In this document: positions 29,089-37,552 of the stretch, piece after piece | Numbering within the stretch: the first letter of the stretch is position 1 | Layout: each line of letters begins with the position of its first letter | Assembly (NCBI GenBank): GCA_046331705.1 | Contig: JAXLQJ010000003.1 | Span: 124,001 to 188,000 of the forward strand | Direction: 5' to 3' | Origin: a bacterium | GTDB taxonomy: Bacteria > JADJOY01 | DNA length: 64,000 bases | Translations under genes and position numbers: made by a program | The notes under the pieces: generated by a model | The model's database searches: none | Told to the model about the DNA's origin: nothing | Seen by the model: only the letters and a program-made list of their open reading frames with translations

Positions 29089-30372
29089 TCAACCGGACGC
29101 GCGCGCACACGTCTTGGGCGGCACGGACGACGTCCAGCTACACACCGACCCGTCGTCGAATGCACCGGTGAAGACTGGCATGTCGCATCCCCGGAGCGAC
29201 CATTTGTAGGGATTGCCGACGAGATCGGGCTGATCGATGAATCGCAGCGTCAGCACGTAGTTCCCGGTGGACGGGAGCTTCGTGGAGATCGAGTAGCCGG
29301 CGACGAACGGATCGGGACTCGCCTCGGTTCGCAAGCTCGCGTAGAAGCGCGGCCCACGGTAGGAGCGGATGTGAACCGCCTGGCCCGCCACACCGTGGAA
29401 GCGATATTGATCGATGTCGTCCACGGTCTGGAACGCGCCGACGAGGTTGTCGCCGAGACGCACCAGATCCGTGTCGCCACCGCCATTGGTGTCGGTGGAG
29501 GTCACGTTACCGATGCAGACGTCGTCGACGTACCAACCCTCGTAGCCGACCGTGGCGTCACACACGAATCCAAATCGGATCACCGTGTTCGGCCCGGTGT
29601 AGCCCGAGAGATCCACCACCGCGGGGCGAAATCGACCGAACGTGAAACCGTCCGGCAGCCCGCCGAGCGGCCCGAACGACTGGCTCGACGCGATCGGCGT
29701 GAACGTCGCGCCGCCGTCCGTCGAGACCTCGACACTGGCCGTGTCGTAGGAGAATCCCTCGGCGTCCAGGAAATGATTGAAGACGAGGCCAGGGCTCGAG
29801 AGGCTCGTGGTGTTGACGACAGGCGACGTCAGCGTGGCACCTTCCGCGAATCCCGTGCCGTAGCTGAAGGTCGCGGGATCGCCCCAGTAGAACGACGTGC
29901 TCGGCGAATGCCCGGGCGTCGCCGCGCGGTTCGTCACCCGCTGCCAGGTGAGCTGGCGCTGCACGTGGCCAGCGGTGAAGCCACCCGCATCCGCCTCGAA
30001 ATCCTCCGACAGCACCGAGCAGTCGGCGTCGACGAAATCGCTGTCCGCGACCGTGGTCGAGGTCCAGGGCTGCTCGGTGCAGCTGCTCGACGACGAGAGC
30101 GCGGCCATGTCGCGCCATTCGCTCTCCAGGCGTGCGCGCATGCCACCTGGCTTGGCGCGCTGATGGCCGTTCGGGCCGTCCGTGCCAGCCGCCGGCGTGC
30201 CCGGGTAGCGCCGCACCAGCGCGGTCGTGGCCTTCGCCTTGGAGCGCTCGCCGCCACGCTGGAGGGCGGCGGCCTCCGAGGGCAGGAACTGCTCCATCAC
30301 CGCGAGCGCCGCCCCCGTCATCAAGACGGCCATGAGGACGAAGCCCAACGCGTGCTGCTTGGCTCGAGCCAC
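29089..30372 (-). CDS. Secreted protein: MAM/immune-inhibitor-A-like jelly-roll + PPC-like domain + C-terminal tag
   Basis: Hydrophobic N-terminus (start may be 30333). VLSEDFEADAGGF...LTSPVV...VEVSTDGG...EGWYVDDV. DDIDQYRFHGVAGQAV (PPC-like). Ends VFTGAFDDGSVCSWTSSVPPKTCARASG. Confidence 0.8.
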   Translation of the reverse strand: MARAKQHALGFVLMAVLMTGAALAVMEQFLPSEAAALQRGGERSKAKATTALVRRYPGTPAAGTDGPNGHQRAKPGGMRARLESEWRDMAALSSSSSCTEQPWTSTTVADSDFVDADCSVLSEDFEADAGGFTAGHVQRQLTWQRVTNRAATPGHSPSTSFYWGDPATFSYGTGFAEGATLTSPVVNTTSLSSPGLVFNHFLDAEGFSYDTASVEVSTDGGATFTPIASSQSFGPLGGLPDGFTFGRFRPAVVDLSGYTGPNTVIRFGFVCDATVGYEGWYVDDVCIGNVTSTDTNGGGDTDLVRLGDNLVGAFQTVDDIDQYRFHGVAGQAVHIRSYRGPRFYASLRTEASPDPFVAGYSISTKLPSTGNYVLTLRFIDQPDLVGNPYKWSLRGCDMPVFTGAFDDGSVCSWTSSVPPKTCARASG

Positions 30373-30451
30373 GCCACCTCCGATCGGATCTGACGCAATG
30401 GCTCTCGGGTGATTTCTTTAGCACGCGATTTTCGGCAGGTGCAACGTCGCC

Positions 30452-32224
30452 ATGCGGCCAGGCCCATCCCCGCTCGGACGCCAGATCCGGCCATGGATCG
30501 CGGTCGCCATCGTCGCGCTCGCCGCCATCGTTCCCTACCTCGGCACCTTGCGCCACGGGTTCGTGTGGGACGACGGGATCCTCGTCGAGAGCGACCACCG
30601 CATTCGGTCGCTCGGCGCAGCATTGGGCGCCTTTCGCGAGGACTTCTTCGGCGATGCCGGCCACATGGGGTACTACCGCCCTGTCGTGACACTCAGCTTC
30701 GCGCTCGATTACCGCCTCGGACGATCGAACCCGTTCGGGTATCACCTCACGAACGTCTCGCTGCACGCGCTGGTCGCGCTGCTGGTGCTGGCGACGCTTC
30801 GTCAGTGGGGGGCAGCGCCGCGGGTCGCGTGCGTGGGCGCGGTGCTCTTCGCGGTGCATCCCGCGCACACGGAGAACGTCGCGTGGATCTCCGGTCGCAC
30901 GGACATCCTCGCCGCCGCATTCGCGCTCGCGAGCGTGTGGTTGCTGGGGATCCACGACGCGCGCGCCAGCGCGCGCGCCTCTCCCGAATCGCGCTGGCAC
31001 CGACTCGCGCGCGCCGCGTTGCTCGTCGGCTCCGCGGGTTGCTGCGCGCTCGCCTTGCTCTCGAAGGAGATTGCCCTGGCGCTGCCCGTGGTTCTGGTGC
31101 TGGACCGCTGGCTTCGGCGGCCACGGGATGGGCGATCGTCCCTCGCGATTCTTCCGCACCTGACCATCACCGTCGGCTACCTGCTGGTGCGCGTCCTGCT
31201 GGTGCCCCCGGCCATGACACGGGTGCCCCTGGACGCGACCCTGCGCTCGTTTCTCGCATCGCTCCCGAAATACCTCGGGCTCTTTCTCGTCCCTGCCGAG
31301 CTGACCGCGTACCGCCGCAATCCCTACTCCGGGTGGAGCGATCCGCTGTGGATCCTCGGCGCGATCGGCGCCGCGGGGATCGCGTTTGCAGCGCTGCGTC
31401 CCCGCACGCGGTGGCGCCCCGCCGAGCGTCTCGCGGTGCTCGGCACGCTCGCCACCTTCGCGCCGCTCTCGAACCTGATCCGGGTGAGCTCTCCGGCCGA
31501 CATGGGCTTCACGATGGCGGACCGCTTCCTCTACTTCCCGTCCATCGGGCTTTCGGCCATCGCCGCATCACTGCTCGTGTCGGCTACCGCGAGCCTGTCC
31601 GGCCGAGCGCGCACGGGGTGCAAGCTCGCGATCGGGGCGAGCATCCTCGGCCTCGCGATGACGACCCTCGGCCGCAATCGCGTCTGGCAGAACGACGTGA
31701 TGCTCTTCGAGGCGACACGCGCGACCACCGACGACGCCTTCCTGGTGGACGTCAACTACGCCATGGCGCTGAGACGAGACGGCGACCTCGCACGTTCCAT
31801 CGCCCTGCTCGAGGAGAAGGACGCAGCGACCCGGCCCGGCTCGCGAAACGAACAAGCCGTCCGGCTGGCGCTGGCGGGGGCGTATGCGGCGAACGGCGAA
31901 ACGGAGCGCGCGCGCCAGATGCTGCTCGCGCTGCGGGGAAGGACCCGTGAGCCGGCCCCGGTGCTCTACGACCTCGGGCTCCTCGACGAGAGCGCGGGGC
32001 GTGGCCGCGACGCGCTCGCGTGGTACCGGTCGGCCGCCGAGGCCGATGCCAAGCACATTCCCACCTGGGTCCGGGTGGTGCGCCTGGCGGACGAGGTCGG
32101 CGAGCGGGACGTCGCCTGCGCCGCACTCGTACGCCTGCGCGTCCTCGACCCACACCGCACCGACTGGGCGGAGCTGGATCCGGGCTGCCCATCGGCCTCG
32201 GCTGCTCGGAACGCGTCGCGCTGA
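30452..32224 (+). CDS. TMTC-like (DUF1736) GT-C protein O-glycosyltransferase with C-terminal TPR repeats
   Basis: FVWDD, YYRP, HPAHTENVAWISGRTD, LLSKE, ADRFLYFPS, RNRVWQND..LF, then TPR-like helices. Confidence 0.88.
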   Translation: MRPGPSPLGRQIRPWIAVAIVALAAIVPYLGTLRHGFVWDDGILVESDHRIRSLGAALGAFREDFFGDAGHMGYYRPVVTLSFALDYRLGRSNPFGYHLTNVSLHALVALLVLATLRQWGAAPRVACVGAVLFAVHPAHTENVAWISGRTDILAAAFALASVWLLGIHDARASARASPESRWHRLARAALLVGSAGCCALALLSKEIALALPVVLVLDRWLRRPRDGRSSLAILPHLTITVGYLLVRVLLVPPAMTRVPLDATLRSFLASLPKYLGLFLVPAELTAYRRNPYSGWSDPLWILGAIGAAGIAFAALRPRTRWRPAERLAVLGTLATFAPLSNLIRVSSPADMGFTMADRFLYFPSIGLSAIAASLLVSATASLSGRARTGCKLAIGASILGLAMTTLGRNRVWQNDVMLFEATRATTDDAFLVDVNYAMALRRDGDLARSIALLEEKDAATRPGSRNEQAVRLALAGAYAANGETERARQMLLALRGRTREPAPVLYDLGLLDESAGRGRDALAWYRSAAEADAKHIPTWVRVVRLADEVGERDVACAALVRLRVLDPHRTDWAELDPGCPSASAARNASR

Positions 32225-32234
32225 GCGCGACCGC

Positions 32235-34370
32235 TCAACGCGGCCCGGTCGTCGCCGCCACGGTGGCGGGATCGAGCTCGAGCACGGCGAGCGTCGCGCC
32301 GCACTCGACCACGGCCTCGGGAACTCGATCCACGGCACCCTCGACGCATCGCGACCGCCACTCCACGGCACCGCGATCGGCCACCGGAATCCGCGCGAGG
32401 AGCGTCGCCGGCGGCTCGCTGGCTTCGCCGAGCCAATAGACGCGAGCGCCGCGAGCGCGCCACGCACGGATCGCCGGAAGCGGACGAAGCTGTCCCGCAG
32501 GCGAGGACTCCACCAGGAACGGCTCGCACGCTCCCCACGTCCAGAGCGGCGCGGCGAGCCGTGGCCCGTCGTTGCGCCGATCGATCAAGCACACGGAGCT
32601 CGGCTGCATCGCCGCCGCCAACGCCTCGACCGCACCGGTGGCGCCCTCGAGCTCGCGCGTGCCCCGAAACCGAAGCGAGTCGGGTGCCAGGCGCAGCACC
32701 AGCGCCACCGCGAGCACCACGCTCAGCGCGGTCCGGGCCCGTCGATCGCGCAAACGACACGACACGAGATCGACGAGCAACGCGAGCCCGGCGAAGACAC
32801 CGGGCAAGGCGCCAGGCAGCAGCCGGCGCGATGCCCAGAGCTGCTCGCGTGCGAACGCCTGTGGAACCACGATCCACTCGAGGGCGCTCGCGAACGCCAG
32901 GACGATCAGCACCGCGCGCGGCGTCCCCCCTGCTCGCGCGCCGACGACGAGCCCGAGCGCGCTGCCCACGAGGATCACGGGGCCCACGTAGAGCTTCAGC
33001 ATCGGCACCAGCGGGCTCACGGACGAAGAGAGCGCCACGCCGCCGATCGCCACGAGCGCCGCTGCACCGCCGAGCCAGCGCACGCGCGTCGCCGTGATCC
33101 TTCCGGACCGACGCAGCCACCGCCGCACGCGCACGAAGGCCATCCCCGCCGACGCGACGCCGGCCGCTCCCGCCAGCGCGGCGACGACGAGCCACGGATG
33201 CCGCAGCGCCAGCACCCCCCAGACCGCACGGTTGCTCGACGCATGCCTGCTCGCGTCGGTGAGCGCCTCCAGAAACCAGCGCTCGTGCAGGGCGATCGCC
33301 AGCGTGTCGAGGCTGTAGGCCGTGGACACGAAGGCCGCGTGCAGGAGCCCGTGGATCGCCGGCGGCAGGAAGCCCGCGAGGACCGCGGGCGCGTGCCGAG
33401 GCCGGAGGGCCAAGAGCGCCACGACCACGAGACCCGCGAGGAGCGCGCCGTCGACCTTCGTGAGAAGAATCTCCCCCCACGCGATCCCGGCGAGGACGAG
33501 CCAGCCGCACCCGCCGCGGCCATCACCGTGCAAGAAGCAAAAGGCCCCCGCCCAGAGCAGTGCCTGACACAAGACCTCGGCGGACGGCACGCGCGCGTGC
33601 CAGGTCTGCACCACGCACGCCACCAGGCCGACGCTGCCGACGAGGGCGGCGGCGGGGCGCACGGAACGAAAGAGCGAGAGGGCGAAGAGCATGGCGCCGA
33701 GCGCCGCCACGAGCGGCGTCGTCCAGAGCGCACCGCCGACTCCTCCCAGGCTCGCGAAGATGGCGATCCACACCGGGAAGAGATGCAAGCCATGCGGCAC
33801 GATCTCGCTCTGGGTTCGCTCGCGGATGTAGAAGCCGGCCAGGCGGGAGGGGCGGCTCCACACGCGCTCGAAGCCGTACCGAATCTTGGGCCGGTCGCGA
33901 ATGAACGCGTCCTCGAGGCCCGCTCGCTGCAAGAACGCGAGCTCGGGATCGTCGAAGCCGATCGACCCGTGCTTCGCGATCCGAATCCCCGTGTTGACGT
34001 AGACACCGGGGTCGCGGGCACCGATCACGTATTCGGACGGCGGGCCGTTCCACGCCAGGACGGCCACGGCGATCACGCCAGCGAGGATCACGCGAGCCGC
34101 GCGATCCCCCGCCTCGGGCTCCACCCCGTCGCGCGCAGCGCGCCGCCGCCGAATCAGCCACCACGCCGCCACCACCGCGACCGCCGCGCTGGGCGCGGAC
34201 CACGCGCGATACCAACCCAGCGTCGCAACGCAGAGGCACCACCAGCCGACGAACAAGAAGAGCGCGAGCGCCAGCGCGAGAAGTCCCGGCGGCGGATGCT
34301 GCTCCGCATGCGATGGGGAAGGTTCGTCGCGCGGCGCGCGGGCACTCGTCCCTGCCACCGCTCGGCTCAC
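32235..34370 (-). CDS. GT-C-fold membrane glycosyltransferase
   Basis: GARDPGVYVNTG, HLFPVW, SAEVLCQ, LTKVDG, WASRRLLP; many TM helices. GTGA overlap with the upstream gene. Confidence 0.8.
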   Translation of the reverse strand: MSRAVAGTSARAPRDEPSPSHAEQHPPPGLLALALALFLFVGWWCLCVATLGWYRAWSAPSAAVAVVAAWWLIRRRRAARDGVEPEAGDRAARVILAGVIAVAVLAWNGPPSEYVIGARDPGVYVNTGIRIAKHGSIGFDDPELAFLQRAGLEDAFIRDRPKIRYGFERVWSRPSRLAGFYIRERTQSEIVPHGLHLFPVWIAIFASLGGVGGALWTTPLVAALGAMLFALSLFRSVRPAAALVGSVGLVACVVQTWHARVPSAEVLCQALLWAGAFCFLHGDGRGGCGWLVLAGIAWGEILLTKVDGALLAGLVVVALLALRPRHAPAVLAGFLPPAIHGLLHAAFVSTAYSLDTLAIALHERWFLEALTDASRHASSNRAVWGVLALRHPWLVVAALAGAAGVASAGMAFVRVRRWLRRSGRITATRVRWLGGAAALVAIGGVALSSSVSPLVPMLKLYVGPVILVGSALGLVVGARAGGTPRAVLIVLAFASALEWIVVPQAFAREQLWASRRLLPGALPGVFAGLALLVDLVSCRLRDRRARTALSVVLAVALVLRLAPDSLRFRGTRELEGATGAVEALAAAMQPSSVCLIDRRNDGPRLAAPLWTWGACEPFLVESSPAGQLRPLPAIRAWRARGARVYWLGEASEPPATLLARIPVADRGAVEWRSRCVEGAVDRVPEAVVECGATLAVLELDPATVAATTGPR

Positions 34371-36316
34371 GGAGCCTCCGCGGGCCGCTGGGCGAGCGAA
34401 TCGGCGGAGTCGTCGAGCGCTTCGGTGCCCGATGGATCGAGCGCGAGCGCCCGCGCCGCCGCGGCAGCGGCCTCTGCCGATCGACCGGCTCGAGCGTAGG
34501 CATCCCTCAGCCGGTGCTCGACGGCCGGTGAGGTCGGATGCGCGAGCCGCGCCTCCTCCAGAAGCCCGATCGCTCGTTCGACATCGTTCGACCGCAACGC
34601 CAGCTGCGCTTCCGACTGGAGCCGAATCGCTTCGCGAATGGCCCACCACGAGAGCGAATCGGACGCGAACGAGCGGCCACCGGATGCGCTCGAATCCCGC
34701 ACCACCACCCGAAGGTCGGCCCCGGGGCTCACCATGGCGCCGCGCTCCGCGGTGACGATCTCGAAGACCGCGCTCGTGTGCGGCGCAAGAACTGGCGGAC
34801 CCTCGCGCGTCTCCCAGCGCAACGGCTGCCAGTTTCCGCGCTGCACGTCGAACACCGGTGTGAGTGGCTCGGTCGAGCGATTCTCGACCCGCACGCGAAT
34901 GGAGCAGATCCATCCCTGACAGGCGCGATTGCGCACCCGCAGCACTTCCGCGAGCCCGGGGGCGTCGGCGGCACCACCCGCGCGCACCCACACGAGCGCG
35001 GCGACGACCAACCACCCGCCGACCACGGCCACCGTTCCGAGCACCCTGCCACGGGAGGTCCGCGACGACGTCGCCAGCGCGTCGGCGGCGTCCTGGTCGC
35101 CCCAGTTCTCGAGGATGCCGAGCACCGCGATCGGCAACCACGCCACCCAATAGCTGTGAAAGCCTCGGTGCGAGAACCAGAGCAGCACGACGGGCGCCAC
35201 CCACGGCAGGCCGCGCGTCCTCGGATGCCAGAGCACCAGGATCGCCAGCAGCAGCATCAGCGTCGCCAGCATCAGCGCCGCGTATTCGCCGCGCCCGAGC
35301 GAGGCTACGCCGTGCTGACTGAGGAGCGAGAGCCCCTCACCGAAGGTCACCATCGGCAATCGAACGTTCGCGAACACCGCGTCGCTGAAGGCGCGCGGGT
35401 CCGCCCACAGAAAAGCCGCGTTGGGAACGAGGAACGCTGCGGCGGTGACCGCTGCGAAGCGAGCGGCGCTCCACGCGCGCCGGGTCGGCGATCGTCCGTG
35501 CTCCTCCAGAAACACGCGAACGAGCACGAACGGCAACGCGAGCCACGGCGGTTGCTTCACGGCGCACGCCAGCCCGAGACAGCACGCCGACCACGCCCAT
35601 CGTCGCCACGCCACGACGCACGCCGCCATCGGAAGCACCCAGACGAAATCGGTGACGGAAGCCGCGGCGAAATCGATCGTGGTGTGATCGATCGCCAGCG
35701 GCAGGAGCGTCCACGGACGCAGCGCGGCGGGCGTGCGTCGATGAATCAGGAGCAAGGTGGCGAGCTGAAAGAGCAGCACCGAATAGCGAAGGTCCGTTCC
35801 GCCCAGCCAGAGGTACGGGACGTGCGCCAGGAAATTGAGCGCCGGGTAGGTCACGTGGTCCACCAGTCCGCCGGACTCGAGCGGCGTGACCAGCTCGCGC
35901 GGAAGATGGAATCGCTCGTAGGCCGGGCTCAGATCGACCGGGTACGGGTTCTGCCCTTCGAGCACGAGCGCCGCCGCCTCGTGCGACAGCACGATGCTGT
36001 CGGTGCGATAGCCGACCCACTGATACTCGGCGACGATCGCGACCCGAATCGCGACTCCCACGATCAGCGCCAGCGACGCGACGCTCCCCAGGCGACGCGT
36101 CGTCGTCGGCACGACGGAAGCGATCAGGAAACCGCTGCCGGCCAGGAAGAGAACGAGCGCCAGCGCCACGAGCCAGGGATGTCGCGCCAGCGGCACGTGC
36201 TGCCAGAGCACCCAGAGAATCGCGTAGTACGACGCCGCGACGCCCACGGAACCGAGGCGCGCCACGGGTGGCTCGGCGCCCTCGTCGCGCCGTATCGGCT
36301 GGCCTTCCTCACGCAT
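34367..36316 (-). CDS. GT87-like GT-C membrane glycosyltransferase with periplasmic Ig-like and TPR C-terminus
   Basis: YRTDS..A..VLEGQNPY, TYPALNFL, VTDFVW, AVKQPPW; C-terminal TPR (AIGLLEEARLAHP...ARALALDP). Start uncertain (36316 or 36436). Confidence 0.78.
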   Translation of the reverse strand: MREEGQPIRRDEGAEPPVARLGSVGVAASYYAILWVLWQHVPLARHPWLVALALVLFLAGSGFLIASVVPTTTRRLGSVASLALIVGVAIRVAIVAEYQWVGYRTDSIVLSHEAAALVLEGQNPYPVDLSPAYERFHLPRELVTPLESGGLVDHVTYPALNFLAHVPYLWLGGTDLRYSVLLFQLATLLLIHRRTPAALRPWTLLPLAIDHTTIDFAAASVTDFVWVLPMAACVVAWRRWAWSACCLGLACAVKQPPWLALPFVLVRVFLEEHGRSPTRRAWSAARFAAVTAAAFLVPNAAFLWADPRAFSDAVFANVRLPMVTFGEGLSLLSQHGVASLGRGEYAALMLATLMLLLAILVLWHPRTRGLPWVAPVVLLWFSHRGFHSYWVAWLPIAVLGILENWGDQDAADALATSSRTSRGRVLGTVAVVGGWLVVAALVWVRAGGAADAPGLAEVLRVRNRACQGWICSIRVRVENRSTEPLTPVFDVQRGNWQPLRWETREGPPVLAPHTSAVFEIVTAERGAMVSPGADLRVVVRDSSASGGRSFASDSLSWWAIREAIRLQSEAQLALRSNDVERAIGLLEEARLAHPTSPAVEHRLRDAYARAGRSAEAAAAAARALALDPSGTEALDDSADSLAQRPAEAP

Positions 36317-36644
36317 CGCCGAACGGCATACCGCGCGCGCATGGCTCGAAGCCACCATCGGACGCGACCCACGGCGTCCGCCCGCGAGGAGCGCACCGTC
36401 CGCACTCGGGGCTTCGCGAGAGGACAGCTGAGCCATCGCGGGGATCGTCGCGACGAGGCGCAAGCGGCCACGGATGCCGACGCCCTCCACGAGCGCGTGT
36501 CAGCGCGTTCGAGCGATTCCGCGAACCCGTCCGCGGCGGAGCCGTCGAAGAGGGGCGTCGGCTCCACGAACGCGTCCGGATCGATCCCGTGCCCGCGGAG
36601 GCGACCCGGGATGGATGGGGGGGAGGCGCGGCGAGGGGTGGGCT

Positions 36645-36653
36645 TGCTACCAT
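36645..36653 (+). promoter_or_regulatory. Possible extended -10 element (TGCTACCAT) for the 36742 gene
   Basis: TGn-TACCAT about 90 nt upstream of the ATG in the divergent intergenic region. Confidence 0.3.
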
Positions 36654-36741
36654 GAAGCAGTGCGTCACCACGCGCAGGCAGGGGGGCCGCGAACGTTCAC
36701 CGACGACCCGTCGGTGCGGGACGGTCGACGCCGGAGGCTTC

Positions 36742-37521
36742 ATGAGACGCTCAACGGGTGAGACGAACGACTCGTCGCACATGCCCAGAAGCCGCGATCG
36801 CCACGCGACATCGCGCCACGCGCTCGCGGTCGCGGCGCTGGGCGCGCTGCTCCACGCCGCGGCCGTGCCGGCGTCGGCGACGCTCTACACCTCCCTCACG
36901 ACTCCCCTCGCGCCGGTGCCGGGCCCGAACAACCAGGCGCTGCTCACCCTCACGAACGTGACCCCGGTGGCCTGCAATCCAACGTGCCCGAGCGATACCG
37001 ACACGTCCTTCGTGACGGCGGGCAGCGCCATCGGCGTCACCTACGACACGCGAACCCGAACGGTGACGATCACCAGCGCGTCGCTGGCCATGACGGACGT
37101 ATCGCTCAAGGTCGGCGCGTTGCCGACGATCGCCGTGACCGACGTCGCGTTCGAGCTCGATCCGAACGCGCCAGCGGTCCAGGGCGTCGTGGACCCGGTG
37201 ACTCACGAGCTCGCGCTCACGATTCCCGCGATCGTTTCCGCGACCGCCCTCGGCCAGACCTTCGGCGGGGCCGTCGACGTGCCCGTCAGCGGCACGTTCC
37301 TCGTCGACATCCCGCCGGGCGGCACCGAGAACACCATGCTGCTCACCAACCCGTCCACGCCCATCGCTCCCGATCCATTCGACTTCCAGATCGGCCCGAT
37401 CACGGTGACGTTCCAGCTCACCGGCACGGTGACGTTCAACTTCCGCGGCACCTTCACGGCGCTCTTCGACGACACGTTCGAAGGCGGCACCCTCGACGCC
37501 TGGGTCGGTCACGTGCCGTGA
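36742..37521 (+). CDS. Secreted Thr-rich beta protein of unknown family with C-terminal tag
   Basis: GGAGG RBS (alternative ATG at 36781). Signal peptide ending VPASA|T. Thr/Val-rich alternating strands. Ends LFDDTFEGGTLDAWVGHVP. Confidence 0.8.
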   Translation: MRRSTGETNDSSHMPRSRDRHATSRHALAVAALGALLHAAAVPASATLYTSLTTPLAPVPGPNNQALLTLTNVTPVACNPTCPSDTDTSFVTAGSAIGVTYDTRTRTVTITSASLAMTDVSLKVGALPTIAVTDVAFELDPNAPAVQGVVDPVTHELALTIPAIVSATALGQTFGGAVDVPVSGTFLVDIPPGGTENTMLLTNPSTPIAPDPFDFQIGPITVTFQLTGTVTFNFRGTFTALFDDTFEGGTLDAWVGHVP

Positions 37522-37552
37522 CGACACGAGCGTGAACGATCCGACTCGGCGT

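Noticed and set aside
36617-36623. G7 tract upstream of the 36742 gene as a phase-variation switch
   Set aside because: Too short to be notable at this GC content without read-level length variation.
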